Below the pieces are notes generated by a model. It ran no database searches. It was not told the origin of the DNA and saw nothing but the letters and a program-made list of their open reading frames with translations. The position numbers and the translations under genes are program-made. Source: a virus. Taken from it: 64,000 bases of DNA. The DNA lies in IMG/VR virus record IMGVR_UViG_3300025073_000036, positions 1 through 64,000 of that record; one strand, written 5' to 3'. Each line of letters begins with the position of its first letter. The first letter of the stretch is position 1. This document shows, one piece after another, positions 18,964 through 29,000 of the stretch.

Positions 18964-19252
18964 GGTCCAACTCGCCTGGGAGCGTCGCTACGGACAGCCG
19001 GCGGCCGGTAATCCCCTGTGGGAAGGGCGGCCGTTCGCTGACCACCTGGCGAGTCTGTGGGCGCATCGCATCCTCGAGCAGGACGCCGGCCCGCCGGAAG
19101 AGCGCACACTCGAGGGCCTTGCCCGCCAACTGCTCGCGACGGAAAACGGTGGGCAGACCTACGACGAGATCGCTGCCGAGATTGACGGCATCGCCGACGA
19201 AGGCGGCGACCCGTTCGAGGCCGTCAACAGCCCCGGGAAGGCCCGCCCGTGA
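18890..19252 (+). CDS. Tail assembly chaperone T-like segment (frameshift extension or own ATG)
   Basis: Open +1 frame overlapping the end of G and coupled (GTGA) to the tape measure start. Confidence 0.6.
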   Translation: MRPDFATAGAISARALHLSRSLAGKVQLAWERRYGQPAAGNPLWEGRPFADHLASLWAHRILEQDAGPPEERTLEGLARQLLATENGGQTYDEIAAEIDGIADEGGDPFEAVNSPGKARP

Positions 19253-21183
19253 AGAGCTACACCACCCGAATCGAAGTCGAGGCCGATGTCGCCGGCCTCG
19301 ACGAGATGAAACGCAAGCTCGAGGAAATCGAACAGCTCAAGCAGCGGATCGGCGGCTGGGGACCCAGCGGGGGCGGTGGCCCGTCTGGCGGCGGAGGCGG
19401 GGGTAGCTCCGGCGGCGGGGGACCCAGCGGGGGCGGTGGGTCTGGCGGCGGGGGCGGTGGGTCTGGCGGCGGGGGCGGAAGCGGCGGAAGCGGCGGCGGT
19501 TCCGGCGGAAGCGGCGGCGGTTCCGGCGGTTCGTCCGGTGGGGGTGGCGGTGGAAGCTCATGCACGACCTGTAACGGCCGTGGCGGCGCGGGCGGCTCCA
19601 ACTGCCCGGCGTGCGGCCGGAAGGGGAAGCCTGCGCACACCAACATGAACCCGCTCGGCCCGATGAATCAGGCCCCTGGTTACGGCATGGTCTCGTCGTC
19701 GCTCGGCGCGGTCCCGATCATCGGCGGCATCCTCGCCGGGGCCGTGCTCGGCCTGATGGAGACGCGCAAGAACTACACAGACTGGGAGAGCGCGCGCGCC
19801 GACCGGCTCGGCCTCGAGGGCACGAACCTGCTGCCGGAGTTGCGCGGCCGGGGCGCCGCGCTCGGCCTGACGCCCGGCGCCCTCAATCGAGAGATCGCGT
19901 CCATGCTGGCCGGCGGTTTCGACCGTGACGCGCTGGCGAAAGACGTGTTCGGGCGCAACGCCGGGGACGCCTTCGGCTTCGGCCTGGGGGCCAGCAAGGC
20001 CTACGGCATCGGCGCGGGCGCCATGGGCCAGTATCTCGGCATGTGGCGGCGCGGGGGCGGCCTCGCGCGGGCCTTCATGAACGAGTCCGATCCCGAATTC
20101 GAGCTGCAGACGGCCATGGGGCAGGCCGTCAACGCCGGGGTGGGCGCGCCGGAGATGGGTCGATACCTCGGCATCATCGCCGAGGCCACGAGCCGGATGG
20201 CCGAGCAGGGCCTCAATCTCGCGCCCAACGTGCTGCCCGTCCTGGCCGAGACGCTGCGCTTGGCGGGGGGTGGCAAGATCGCCGGCGTCGACCTCTCGCA
20301 GCAGTTCACCGGCCTGCGAGGCATCAACGCGGGGCAGAGCTTCCTGGGCGCGATGCAGTCCACCGGGCGCGGGCAGGGCAACCCGATTCAGGAGGCATTG
20401 CTCTTCGACATCTTCGGCGTGGGCCAGGGCGAGAGCTACTTCGAGACCAAGTTCCGCATGCAGAACATCGTGCAGAATCCTCGGGCGGCCGCGACGGCCA
20501 TGCTCGAGGTGGCGCGCCGGTTCCGTACCGCCCCGGGGGACATCTTCGAGCGATGGGATGTGATGTCGCAGGCCTTCCCGCAGATGAATCCCAACGACCT
20601 GATGGCCCTGCTCACGGCCGACACGCTGCCGACGGCCGAAGAGATCGAGGCCTCGATGGCCCGGGGCGCGGTCGGTGTGGACGAGCTCGTGAAATCGCGC
20701 CTCGCCCGGCAGCCGCGCCACTTCGCGCGTCAGGATGCGCGCCTGGCCGGAAAGGACGTGGCCCTGCTCTCCGATCCCAACAAGCGCGCGGCCGTGCTGG
20801 CGCTCGAGCGCCTGTTTCATAGCGCCAAGTCCGGCCTGGCCGACAACCTGTTGCTCGAGCCGGGGGCGAACATCCACAAGGTTTTCGAGGCCGTGAGCAA
20901 TGCCCCGAAGGGACAGGGCGTATCGGCCTTCATGGATGCCATCACGGACATCATGACGGGCTCCGGCACGTCGCCGGTCACGAACCAGGGCGGCCCGGGC
21001 GCGACCGGCCTCAAGGTGCTGCGCAACCTCTTCAACGGCCAGAATTGGAACAAGGGCATTACTCCGCCGAAGGCGGGCAAGAATCAGGGGGCGATGATCC
21101 TGCACATCGAGGCCGGCCCGGGTCTCGAGAGCCTGCTGCGTTTCCAGATCGGCGAGCCGCAGTCGCCCACGAACATCGGGTGA
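19249..21183 (+). CDS. Tape measure-like protein with Gly/Ser tract and CxxC pair
   Basis: Located after the chaperones; helical Ala/Gly/Met-rich; GAVPIIGGILAGAV hydrophobic segment. Confidence 0.7.
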   Translation: MKSYTTRIEVEADVAGLDEMKRKLEEIEQLKQRIGGWGPSGGGGPSGGGGGGSSGGGGPSGGGGSGGGGGGSGGGGGSGGSGGGSGGSGGGSGGSSGGGGGGSSCTTCNGRGGAGGSNCPACGRKGKPAHTNMNPLGPMNQAPGYGMVSSSLGAVPIIGGILAGAVLGLMETRKNYTDWESARADRLGLEGTNLLPELRGRGAALGLTPGALNREIASMLAGGFDRDALAKDVFGRNAGDAFGFGLGASKAYGIGAGAMGQYLGMWRRGGGLARAFMNESDPEFELQTAMGQAVNAGVGAPEMGRYLGIIAEATSRMAEQGLNLAPNVLPVLAETLRLAGGGKIAGVDLSQQFTGLRGINAGQSFLGAMQSTGRGQGNPIQEALLFDIFGVGQGESYFETKFRMQNIVQNPRAAATAMLEVARRFRTAPGDIFERWDVMSQAFPQMNPNDLMALLTADTLPTAEEIEASMARGAVGVDELVKSRLARQPRHFARQDARLAGKDVALLSDPNKRAAVLALERLFHSAKSGLADNLLLEPGANIHKVFEAVSNAPKGQGVSAFMDAITDIMTGSGTSPVTNQGGPGATGLKVLRNLFNGQNWNKGITPPKAGKNQGAMILHIEAGPGLESLLRFQIGEPQSPTNIG

Positions 21184-21190
21184 GCGCGTC

Positions 21191-22762
21191 ATGATGGCCG
21201 ACCTCCCGATCACGAGCCTGATGGACGGCGGCCGCGTCCACATGGGGCACCGCATTCGGCCCGGCTGCCGGTTCTTCGCTTTCGACAACGAGGAAGCGGT
21301 CGAGGCCGACCGTTTCCTGACCGCGTTTCGCACCACGAAGAGCGTGGGCGAGCAGTCGGGGTCCTGGCAGGTCACGGCGGCCACGAAACCGCTGCTGTAC
21401 GACAATCTGCGCGCCTCCGAGGTCGTGCCATGGCACGAACGGGTCAAGCCCGGCGACTGGGCCTTGCTCGACGCTTCAGACGGCTCGGCCGAGTGGCCCA
21501 TCATGCTCGGCATCGTCGACCGCGTGCATCGGAGCAAAAAAGGCCCGGTCACCACCTACACGATCAGCGGGCGCGACCACGGCAAGGTCTTCGACTCCGA
21601 GATCATCGTCCTGCCGCAGTACAAAAGCGCGGCCGCGCTCGACTTGGGCAAGGATCTCGGCCCCTTCTACGCCGGCCTGGGGGCCGTCGTGCGCCAGCAC
21701 GGGGCGAACGGCCTCTCGCCGGCCGAGCTGATCGAGCAGTTGGCGCTCTTCTTCCTCGGGTCGGTCACCCGGGGCGTGCGCGGCGCGGCGCCCGTGTTCC
21801 ACACCCCGCGCTCGCTGCGCCTCCAGGCGAACACCGGGCCGGTGGATCTCGAGGCGGCCGGGCTCCCGGTCGAGCTCGGCCTGCCCATCGCCGAGCTGCT
21901 GGCCTTCGCCATGGACAAGACCATCACCGGCCGGGCGGTGCTGCGCGAGCTCTTCGAGGGCCTGCCCGACGGGCTGCGCCTGTGGGACTACCTCACGAGC
22001 TGGGCGAATACCGAGATCAACGAGTTCTACACGGATTTCTTGCCCCGCAGCGTGCTCGCGGGGGGCGTGCCGCGCGCGGAGGCCTACAGCTACACGAACA
22101 AGGCCGGGCAGCACCCGTTCCTGCCCGCCGTCGTGCTGCGGCGTCGGCCGTTCCCGCAGGGCGCCCAGGCGGCCTCGGTGGCGGCCGGCTTCGACCCTAA
22201 CCCGGTCGAGCCGGCGGGGGCCGATCTGTGGCGGGCGCTGCCCTGGACGACGGTGGATGAGGCGCAACTCACGGTGGACGAGACGAGCATGTCCGACGCC
22301 GACCGCTTCAACTTCTACCTATGCACCCCGCACGCCAGCTACACCGGCAATCCATACACCCTGGCCCTGGGGGCCAGCGGGCGCGGCAAGTTGCCCATCG
22401 TCTCGCCCGACAGCGCCCCGCGTTACGGCTGGCGGCGGCGCATGATGTCGAGCCCGTTTCTTCCGACCGATCCTGAGCTGCCGATGGCGACCTACTTCCG
22501 CTGGTCGCGCATGCTGGCCGACTGGAACGAGCACAACCCGGAACAGTGGACGGGCGACCTCGAGCACGCGGTCATGCTGCCGGGCGTGCATGTGGGCGAG
22601 AAGCTGAACGTGCGGCGAGAGAACCGGACCCGGACCGAGAGCTACTACGTGGAATCGGTCACGCACGGCTGGCAGAGCATCGGCCAGGCAAAGGCGACCT
22701 CGTCCAGCTCGTTCGTGGTCACGCGCGGGTCCGAGGACGAGCTCGGCGGGTGGCGGCCGTGA
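21191..22762 (+). CDS. Baseplate hub-like protein
   Basis: TTKSVGEQSGSW, GIVDRV, TISGRDHGK, YYVESVTHGW...VTRG. Confidence 0.7.
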   Translation: MMADLPITSLMDGGRVHMGHRIRPGCRFFAFDNEEAVEADRFLTAFRTTKSVGEQSGSWQVTAATKPLLYDNLRASEVVPWHERVKPGDWALLDASDGSAEWPIMLGIVDRVHRSKKGPVTTYTISGRDHGKVFDSEIIVLPQYKSAAALDLGKDLGPFYAGLGAVVRQHGANGLSPAELIEQLALFFLGSVTRGVRGAAPVFHTPRSLRLQANTGPVDLEAAGLPVELGLPIAELLAFAMDKTITGRAVLRELFEGLPDGLRLWDYLTSWANTEINEFYTDFLPRSVLAGGVPRAEAYSYTNKAGQHPFLPAVVLRRRPFPQGAQAASVAAGFDPNPVEPAGADLWRALPWTTVDEAQLTVDETSMSDADRFNFYLCTPHASYTGNPYTLALGASGRGKLPIVSPDSAPRYGWRRRMMSSPFLPTDPELPMATYFRWSRMLADWNEHNPEQWTGDLEHAVMLPGVHVGEKLNVRRENRTRTESYYVESVTHGWQSIGQAKATSSSSFVVTRGSEDELGGWRP

Positions 22763-24162
22763 TCCACCCGTTCCTGCCGCCGCTGCGTCGACCGTCGAGC
22801 ACGCCCGCGCGCCCCTACGTGCCGCGCAAGTTGCGGCCGGCGTATGTCACCCGGGGCGTGGTGATGGCGGTGCATTACGCGGACGAGAGCGAGGGCGGCG
22901 CGCTGCCGCCACGGGCCTACCACCAACCGGGCGGCATCACGGTCGACATCCTGACCAGGGGTGGCGGCGAGCTGTGGGACGTGCCCGTGATGCAGCGCGG
23001 CAGCTCGGTGACCAACCTCGGCCTGTGGGTGCCGCACCCTGCGACGCGCACCCTGGACGGCACACCGCTCGCGTGGCCGGCGACATCCGACGGGCCGGTG
23101 CTCGATCCGGAGAACACAGACGGCGAGTGGGTGGTCATCGACTTCCTCGAGGGCGACACGATGGCCCCCATCGTGATCGGGAGCACGACACACCCGCGCA
23201 CCCGCCGCCCGCAGGAGGGCAGCCCGCCCAAACCGTTGCCCACCTACACCCCTGGCGAGGCCGAACAGCTCTCGACCCTGCCGGGCGGCCTCGAGCGGTT
23301 TGTGGCCCACCAGGGGGCCGTGGCCCGCTTCGACCGTGCGGGCAACCTGCGCATCGATCTCGGCGGGGCCGGCGTGGCCGACGACGGCGAAACGCCGGAG
23401 GGCGCCGTCTCGGCCGCCGTGGCCTCGCTGGGGGAGAAGGCCGGGGCCGTGGCCGGCGCGGCCGCTGGCGCGGCCGCTGGCGCCCGCGCGGCCGCTGCCG
23501 GGGGAAACGCTCGCTCCGCCGCCCGTTCGGCCGCCAGGCGGGTCGGAACGGTCGCCGGACGGGCCGCCAAGATCGCCGGCCAGGCGGCCGAAGCGGCGGG
23601 CGAGGTGATGGCCGTCGTCAACGCCGTGCTCAACGCCGAGGCGCTGGCCGCCGCCGCCGTACAGGCCGCCGCCGCGCAGGCGGCCGCCGCCGCCGCCGCC
23701 ATCGTCGAGGCCGAGGCCCGGGCGCTGCTGCGCGACGCGGCCGCCGAGCCCGCCACGCTGACCGCGCGGCGCGCCGCCGGGGCCGCCGCCGGGGCCGCCG
23801 CCGGGGCCGAGGCCGGAGCGGAGGGCGCGCGCGAGGCGCAGGCTTCGGCCGTTGGGTGGATCGACCTGAACATGAAACCAGGGGCCTCGCTCATCGTGCG
23901 CAGCTCCGGCATGCCCGTGTTCGTCATCACGGCCGAAGCGGACGGGCAGGTCACGGTCGACATCGGCCAGGACGCGGGCGAGCGGGCCGTGCTCGGCGAA
24001 CGCCTGGCGACGCTCTTCGACGAGCACCGCCACTACGACGTGACGGGCCTCACGGGGCCGGTGGTCGTGGCCGACCGCATCACCACCGCCCAGGGTGATC
24101 CGGCGCGCGCGGTGCTCTCAGAGCGCGTGCGCCTGCCAGTGGCCGACGCAGGAGCCCCATGA
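22759..24162 (+). CDS. Baseplate central spike (gpV/gp5-like) with Ala-rich insertion
   Basis: OB-fold-like N-terminus (GEWVVIDFLEGD..PIVIG) and C-terminal LGERL..FDEHRH (HxH tip motif). Confidence 0.7.
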   Translation: MIHPFLPPLRRPSSTPARPYVPRKLRPAYVTRGVVMAVHYADESEGGALPPRAYHQPGGITVDILTRGGGELWDVPVMQRGSSVTNLGLWVPHPATRTLDGTPLAWPATSDGPVLDPENTDGEWVVIDFLEGDTMAPIVIGSTTHPRTRRPQEGSPPKPLPTYTPGEAEQLSTLPGGLERFVAHQGAVARFDRAGNLRIDLGGAGVADDGETPEGAVSAAVASLGEKAGAVAGAAAGAAAGARAAAAGGNARSAARSAARRVGTVAGRAAKIAGQAAEAAGEVMAVVNAVLNAEALAAAAVQAAAAQAAAAAAAIVEAEARALLRDAAAEPATLTARRAAGAAAGAAAGAEAGAEGAREAQASAVGWIDLNMKPGASLIVRSSGMPVFVITAEADGQVTVDIGQDAGERAVLGERLATLFDEHRHYDVTGLTGPVVVADRITTAQGDPARAVLSERVRLPVADAGAP

Positions 24163-24386
24163 TCGCCATCCCTACGATGCAGGCCGCGTTGCAGGCCTCG
24201 ATTCTGGCCGCCTTCGCGGCCGAGTTCGCAGACGAGATCGCCGCCTCGCCCACCGCCTTCGGGCTCAAGGGCCAGCGGTTCAGTCGGGCGCTCGCCGCCG
24301 GCCTCGCCGCCGGCCTCGTGCCCTACTTGCAGACCCAGGCGCAGGTCATCAGCCCGGCCGGCGCGGTGATCGGAAAGGTGGGGTGA
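24159..24386 (+). CDS. Small baseplate protein (possible spike tip)
   Basis: 75 aa coupled to the spike gene. Confidence 0.55.
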   Translation: MIAIPTMQAALQASILAAFAAEFADEIAASPTAFGLKGQRFSRALAAGLAAGLVPYLQTQAQVISPAGAVIGKVG

Positions 24387-26155
24387 TGGTCGAGCCCATC
24401 GAACGGCCGAGCCGCTGGCGGCTCACCTACTGCTTCGAGATCGTGGCCATGTCCGGCGGGGGTCGGGGGGCAAACCGGGTGTGGAACTTCCCGGTCAACC
24501 CCTCACGCACCTTCATGCACACCCGCCCGGCGGTCGAGCTCGTCTACACCAACGGCGGCGTGTCCGTGCATGAGAGCGGTTTCGTGCCCCGCGACGTGCG
24601 GATCTCCGGCTCGATGGGCCTCGAGCGCAAGGCGGGCTGGGCGCTCGAGGACACGAGCGAGCACAACCCCGCGACCGGCATCGTCTACCGCGACGGCAAC
24701 GCGCTCTATGACGAGATGCACAAGGTCTTCGAGTGGTATTGGAAGACCAAACGCTCGCAGGACGCGGCGAACCGCTGGATGCTCGTTTTCCACGACTTCC
24801 GGCGCGACCGGCACTGGGTCATCGTGCCCACCGACATCGAGAGCGACCGGGAGACGCGCAGCCACCGCCTGCACTACCCCTACGAGCTGGCCTTCACCGC
24901 CATCGCTGATTACGACACTTTGGAGCCCGGAGGGATCGCGGGCGTCCTGGCCGCCATCCGCAAGGGCATCGAGCTCATCCAGAACGTGATCGGCACGGTG
25001 ACCGGGTGGATCAAAGACGCGGCCGCCCTCATTCGCGAGATCGACGCCGCCATCAGCGGCCTCGTCAACGCCGTGGTCAACGGCATGAACGAGCTGCGCA
25101 ACGCGCTGACCGACCTCGTCCAGGCCGGCCGCAACTTCCTGAGCCTGCCGCGCCGAACCGCCAGGAACTACCTGGCGGCGCTCGACAACCTCAACGGCGA
25201 GCTGCGCCGTGGTCTCGGTCTGTCGGAGCAGGCGGGCGATCAGGGCGAGCCGTGGTCGCCGACCAACAGCAGCGCGAGCCGCCTGGCCGCCTTCTACAGC
25301 AGCACTCGGCAACTCGAGGCGGCGGTCAACAGTCTGCTCGCCGACCGCAACCTGTGGGCGCCGGACATGCAGGACGCGCGCAACCGGCGCGACCGTCTGG
25401 CCACGGGCGAGGCGGGTCTCACGGCGGCCGAGACGGCCGGGGAAGGCTCGCTCTCACTCGCCGCCAGGGCCATGCCCGGATCGGGCCAGCGCGCGGCCCT
25501 GCGGCGCTTGGAACGCACCCGCGCTCGGCCGGCCTACACCGGCGTGCGAGAGTACGTGGTGCAGCGCGACGACAGCCTGCGGCGGATCGCCGTGCGCGAG
25601 CTCGGCGACGCCTCGTTGTGGGCCGACATCGCCGATCTGAACAACCTGCGGCCGCCCTACGTGAGCCGGGCCGCCCTGCCCGGTACGGTCATGCCCGGGC
25701 GCTCGATCCTGCTGCCCACCCTCGACCGCCCGGTGGGGGCCGTGGGGGGCGAGAGCGTCGAGGACATCGAGATCGACGCCCTGGGGGTCAACTGGGAGCT
25801 GACCGACGAGGGGGAGTTTCAGCCGAACGCCGCGCGCAACGGTTGCGACCTCGTGCGCGGCATGCCCTGCTACATCCAGGCCCTCGAAAAGGTCCGTTTC
25901 CGCACCCGCGTGGGGGACAACCCGGTCTTTCCCGACGTGGGCATCCTGGCCCCCGTGGGGCACAAAAACGGCGCCGGCATGGTGCAGGCCGTGGCCTTGA
26001 GCGTCCGGCGCGCGTGCCTGACTGACCCGCGCACGCAAAGCGTGGTAGACCTCGCTGTGAACGACGAGGGAGACGGCGTGACGGTCGAGGTTTCCGTGCA
26101 GCCCAGGGCCATGAGCGGCCCGGTGCTCGTCACCAAGCGGGGGGTGGCGGCGTGA
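24386..26155 (+). CDS. Baseplate protein: tube-initiator-like N-terminus, LysM and gp25-like C-terminus
   Basis: WNFPVNPS; LysM YVVQRDDSLRRIAVRELGDASLWADIADLNNL; RTRVGDNPVFPDVG...LTDPRT. Confidence 0.78.
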   Translation: MVEPIERPSRWRLTYCFEIVAMSGGGRGANRVWNFPVNPSRTFMHTRPAVELVYTNGGVSVHESGFVPRDVRISGSMGLERKAGWALEDTSEHNPATGIVYRDGNALYDEMHKVFEWYWKTKRSQDAANRWMLVFHDFRRDRHWVIVPTDIESDRETRSHRLHYPYELAFTAIADYDTLEPGGIAGVLAAIRKGIELIQNVIGTVTGWIKDAAALIREIDAAISGLVNAVVNGMNELRNALTDLVQAGRNFLSLPRRTARNYLAALDNLNGELRRGLGLSEQAGDQGEPWSPTNSSASRLAAFYSSTRQLEAAVNSLLADRNLWAPDMQDARNRRDRLATGEAGLTAAETAGEGSLSLAARAMPGSGQRAALRRLERTRARPAYTGVREYVVQRDDSLRRIAVRELGDASLWADIADLNNLRPPYVSRAALPGTVMPGRSILLPTLDRPVGAVGGESVEDIEIDALGVNWELTDEGEFQPNAARNGCDLVRGMPCYIQALEKVRFRTRVGDNPVFPDVGILAPVGHKNGAGMVQAVALSVRRACLTDPRTQSVVDLAVNDEGDGVTVEVSVQPRAMSGPVLVTKRGVAA

Positions 26156-27567
26156 CCATGTTCCGCATCAAAGGCGCGCCCGAATACACGGCCCGGCTCG
26201 TGGCCTACCTCGTGGCCCGAAGCGTGCTCACCGACCTGTCGCCAGGCGATCCGCTCATGCAGGTGTGCGGGGCCGTCGGTTTCGAGCTCGAGGACGTGAG
26301 CCTCGACATCGCGCGCCTGCTCGACTTCTTCAACCTCGACAACGTCCAGGGCGAAGATCTGGACGCCCGGGCGGTCGAGTACCTGCCGGACGGCTTCGGC
26401 CGCCGGGGCGGCCTGCGCTCCAACGGCCGCTTGCGCTGGCGCACACAGAATCCGGTCGCCGTCGAGGTCCCGATCCCGGCCGGTGCCGTGGCCGCCAAAC
26501 CCGGCACGCCGCGCGTGCTCTACGTCACCACCGTGGCCGGCCGTATCCCGGTCGGCTCGACGCAGAGCGAGCGGGCGGACGGCACCCCCGGCGACATTCC
26601 GGCCTTGGCCGTGGAGTACGGCGAGAGCGGCGACGCCGACGTGGACGAGGTCTCGGTCATCGTCACCCCGGTCCCGAACGCCGTGCGCGTGCACAACCCG
26701 GTTCCGTTCCGAGACGGGCGGGCGGCGGAGAGCGACGACGACTTCCGCGCCCGCATCCGGGCCGAGACGCGCTCGCTCTCGCGCTGCACACCCGAGGCCT
26801 TGCGCACCCGCGTCCTGCAGGCCGAGGCCGACGGCCGGCGCGTGCGGGTGGCGGCCGTGTGGGAGGACCCGATCAATCGGGGCAACGTCACGATCTTCAT
26901 CGACGACGGGGCCGGCACGGTGAGCGAGACCGCGCAGGCCCCGGCCGAGGCCCTGACAGATCCGGTCAACGGCGCCGTGGGGGGCGAGCAGGAGTTCTAT
27001 CTGCGCCACCGCCCGGTCAAGGGCGCGGTCACCCTGCAGCACATCCCCACCGCCGGGCCGCTGCGTGTGCTCGTGGCCGGCGTGGATTACGTCTTCCTGC
27101 CCTCGCGCGGGTACGTCTGGCTTCACCCCGACGTGTTCCCGACCGGCCTGGCCGCCGGTGAGGGACTGGTGGCGCAGCCGTACACGCATTACACCGGCCT
27201 CGTGCGCGAGGCGCAGCGTCTCGTCGAGGGCGATCCAAACGACGCCCGCAACTTCCCGACCTGGCGCGCCGCCGGCATCGTCACCGCCGTCCTGCCGCCG
27301 CTCGTGGTCCAGGGCATCGTGCGCGCCCACATCGTCGTCGACACCGACGCCGACCGGGACGCCGTGCGGGCCGAGGTGCGCCGCCGGATCGGCAGCTACT
27401 ACAACGGCCTGGGCATCGGCGCGCCGTGGATCGAGGCCGAGGCCATCGAACGCGCGATGGCCGTGGCGGGCATGGTCGACATCACATTCGAGGCCCCGGC
27501 CGGCAACGTGCCCGTGGCTTACAATCAGGTGCATCGCATTTCCAGCGGCAACCTGACGGTCCTGTGA
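26152..27567 (+). CDS. Baseplate J-like wedge protein
   Basis: GEDLDARA, IPAGA, GESGD, GRAAESDDDFRARI, GNVTIFIDDGAG, WRAAGI. Confidence 0.88.
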   Translation: MTMFRIKGAPEYTARLVAYLVARSVLTDLSPGDPLMQVCGAVGFELEDVSLDIARLLDFFNLDNVQGEDLDARAVEYLPDGFGRRGGLRSNGRLRWRTQNPVAVEVPIPAGAVAAKPGTPRVLYVTTVAGRIPVGSTQSERADGTPGDIPALAVEYGESGDADVDEVSVIVTPVPNAVRVHNPVPFRDGRAAESDDDFRARIRAETRSLSRCTPEALRTRVLQAEADGRRVRVAAVWEDPINRGNVTIFIDDGAGTVSETAQAPAEALTDPVNGAVGGEQEFYLRHRPVKGAVTLQHIPTAGPLRVLVAGVDYVFLPSRGYVWLHPDVFPTGLAAGEGLVAQPYTHYTGLVREAQRLVEGDPNDARNFPTWRAAGIVTAVLPPLVVQGIVRAHIVVDTDADRDAVRAEVRRRIGSYYNGLGIGAPWIEAEAIERAMAVAGMVDITFEAPAGNVPVAYNQVHRISSGNLTVL

Positions 27568-27577
27568 GGCGGGGAAC

Positions 27578-28021
27578 ATGGCGAAACCGACGGCCATCAC
27601 CAGCGGCGTGCAGACCTTCCCGGCGACACTGCCGCGCACCGTGCAGCTCGACGGCAGCTCTTCGACCGCACAGAGCGGGCGCACCATTGCCGCCTACCTG
27701 TGGACCGTCATCGAGGTGCCGGAGGGAAGCGCGGCGGTGCTCTCCGGGGCCACGACGGCAACGCCCACCATCACGCTCGACAAGGCCGGCACGTACCTGT
27801 TTGTCCTGCGCGTGACCGACAGCGAGGGCGAGGTCTCCGACACGGACGTGCGCACCATGCCCGCGTCGGCCTACGCCGCGTTGCAGGTGCCCACCGCCCG
27901 CATGGGGTTTCTCATCCCGGCCTGGCAGCAGCGGTTTTGCAGCCGGCAGATTCAAGGCAACTGGCACGCGCTCGAGGCCAAGATCCTCGAGATCGAAGGC
28001 CGACTCGACGCGCTGGAGTAA
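27578..28021 (+). CDS. PKD/Ig-like domain virion protein
   Basis: VQLDGSSS, YLWTV, DKAGTYLFVLRVTDSEG. Confidence 0.75.
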   Translation: MAKPTAITSGVQTFPATLPRTVQLDGSSSTAQSGRTIAAYLWTVIEVPEGSAAVLSGATTATPTITLDKAGTYLFVLRVTDSEGEVSDTDVRTMPASAYAALQVPTARMGFLIPAWQQRFCSRQIQGNWHALEAKILEIEGRLDALE

Positions 28022-28027
28022 GGCGGC

Positions 28028-28996
28028 ATGCAGCACGCTCTTTTCGTCAAGAACGGGTCGGGCGCCGGCATCGGCGGGCTCGCGCCGACGTGGGAGGCCT
28101 GGGTGGGCATCGGGGGCGCCACGAGCGTCACTGAGCCGACCGTGACCGCCAGCAGCACCGTCCCCGGCCTCTACACCTTCGAGGTCAACGCCGTGGGCGT
28201 GCCGATCTTCGGCCGCCTGGACTTCGGCTCGAGCGTCACGGACGTGGCCCAGCGTTGGCGCGAGCTGACCTTCGACCCGGCCGACGGGACGCTCACCTCG
28301 ACCCGAGCGGCGAAGCTCGACGAGATCACGGCCGCGCGCATGGGCCGCCTGGACAACGCAGGGCTCGACAGCCTGACGGCCGGCCGGGCCGCCAACCTCG
28401 ACCAGGTCAACAGCACCCGCATGGGGCTCATCGACGGGCTCACGTCCACGCGCACCGGGAACCTCGACAACATCGGCGGCACGCGCATGACCAACCTCGA
28501 CGGTCTGACACCGACGAGGACGGGCCACCTCGACCTGCTGCCGGCCGTGCCGGACGGTGTGTGGACCTACCCCATGCCGCCGACGCCGTCGGCGGGCACG
28601 ATGGCCGACTGGGTGGCCACGACGGACGAACGGGTGTGGGGTTTCACCATCGAGGGCGCGATACTCGGCGATCTGCTGGTCTCGATGGCCGAGACCGTGG
28701 CCGGGATCTGCGACTGCGTTTGGAACCGGCTCGTGACCGACGCATGGAACCCGAACACCATGGGCTGGGCGGTCAAGGTGCTGATGGGCGTGGCGTCCAA
28801 GCGCAACGTGGCGCTCGTCGGCCCGGACGGGACCGGCTCGCCGACCTACGACGGCGACAAGCTCGTGGCCGGGCGCCTGCGCGTCTACGCCAGCAAGGCG
28901 GACACGCTCACGAACAGCAACCCGATCTTCGAGGTCGCCGTCGGCTCGGCCTACACGGGGGACAACCTGACCACCTTCCGCGTGACCGACCCCTGA
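28028..28996 (+). CDS. Fibre-like protein with 11-residue repeats
   Basis: About 7 copies of (L/I)TxxRxxxLD. Confidence 0.65.
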   Translation: MQHALFVKNGSGAGIGGLAPTWEAWVGIGGATSVTEPTVTASSTVPGLYTFEVNAVGVPIFGRLDFGSSVTDVAQRWRELTFDPADGTLTSTRAAKLDEITAARMGRLDNAGLDSLTAGRAANLDQVNSTRMGLIDGLTSTRTGNLDNIGGTRMTNLDGLTPTRTGHLDLLPAVPDGVWTYPMPPTPSAGTMADWVATTDERVWGFTIEGAILGDLLVSMAETVAGICDCVWNRLVTDAWNPNTMGWAVKVLMGVASKRNVALVGPDGTGSPTYDGDKLVAGRLRVYASKADTLTNSNPIFEVAVGSAYTGDNLTTFRVTDP

Positions 28997-29000
28997 GCCC

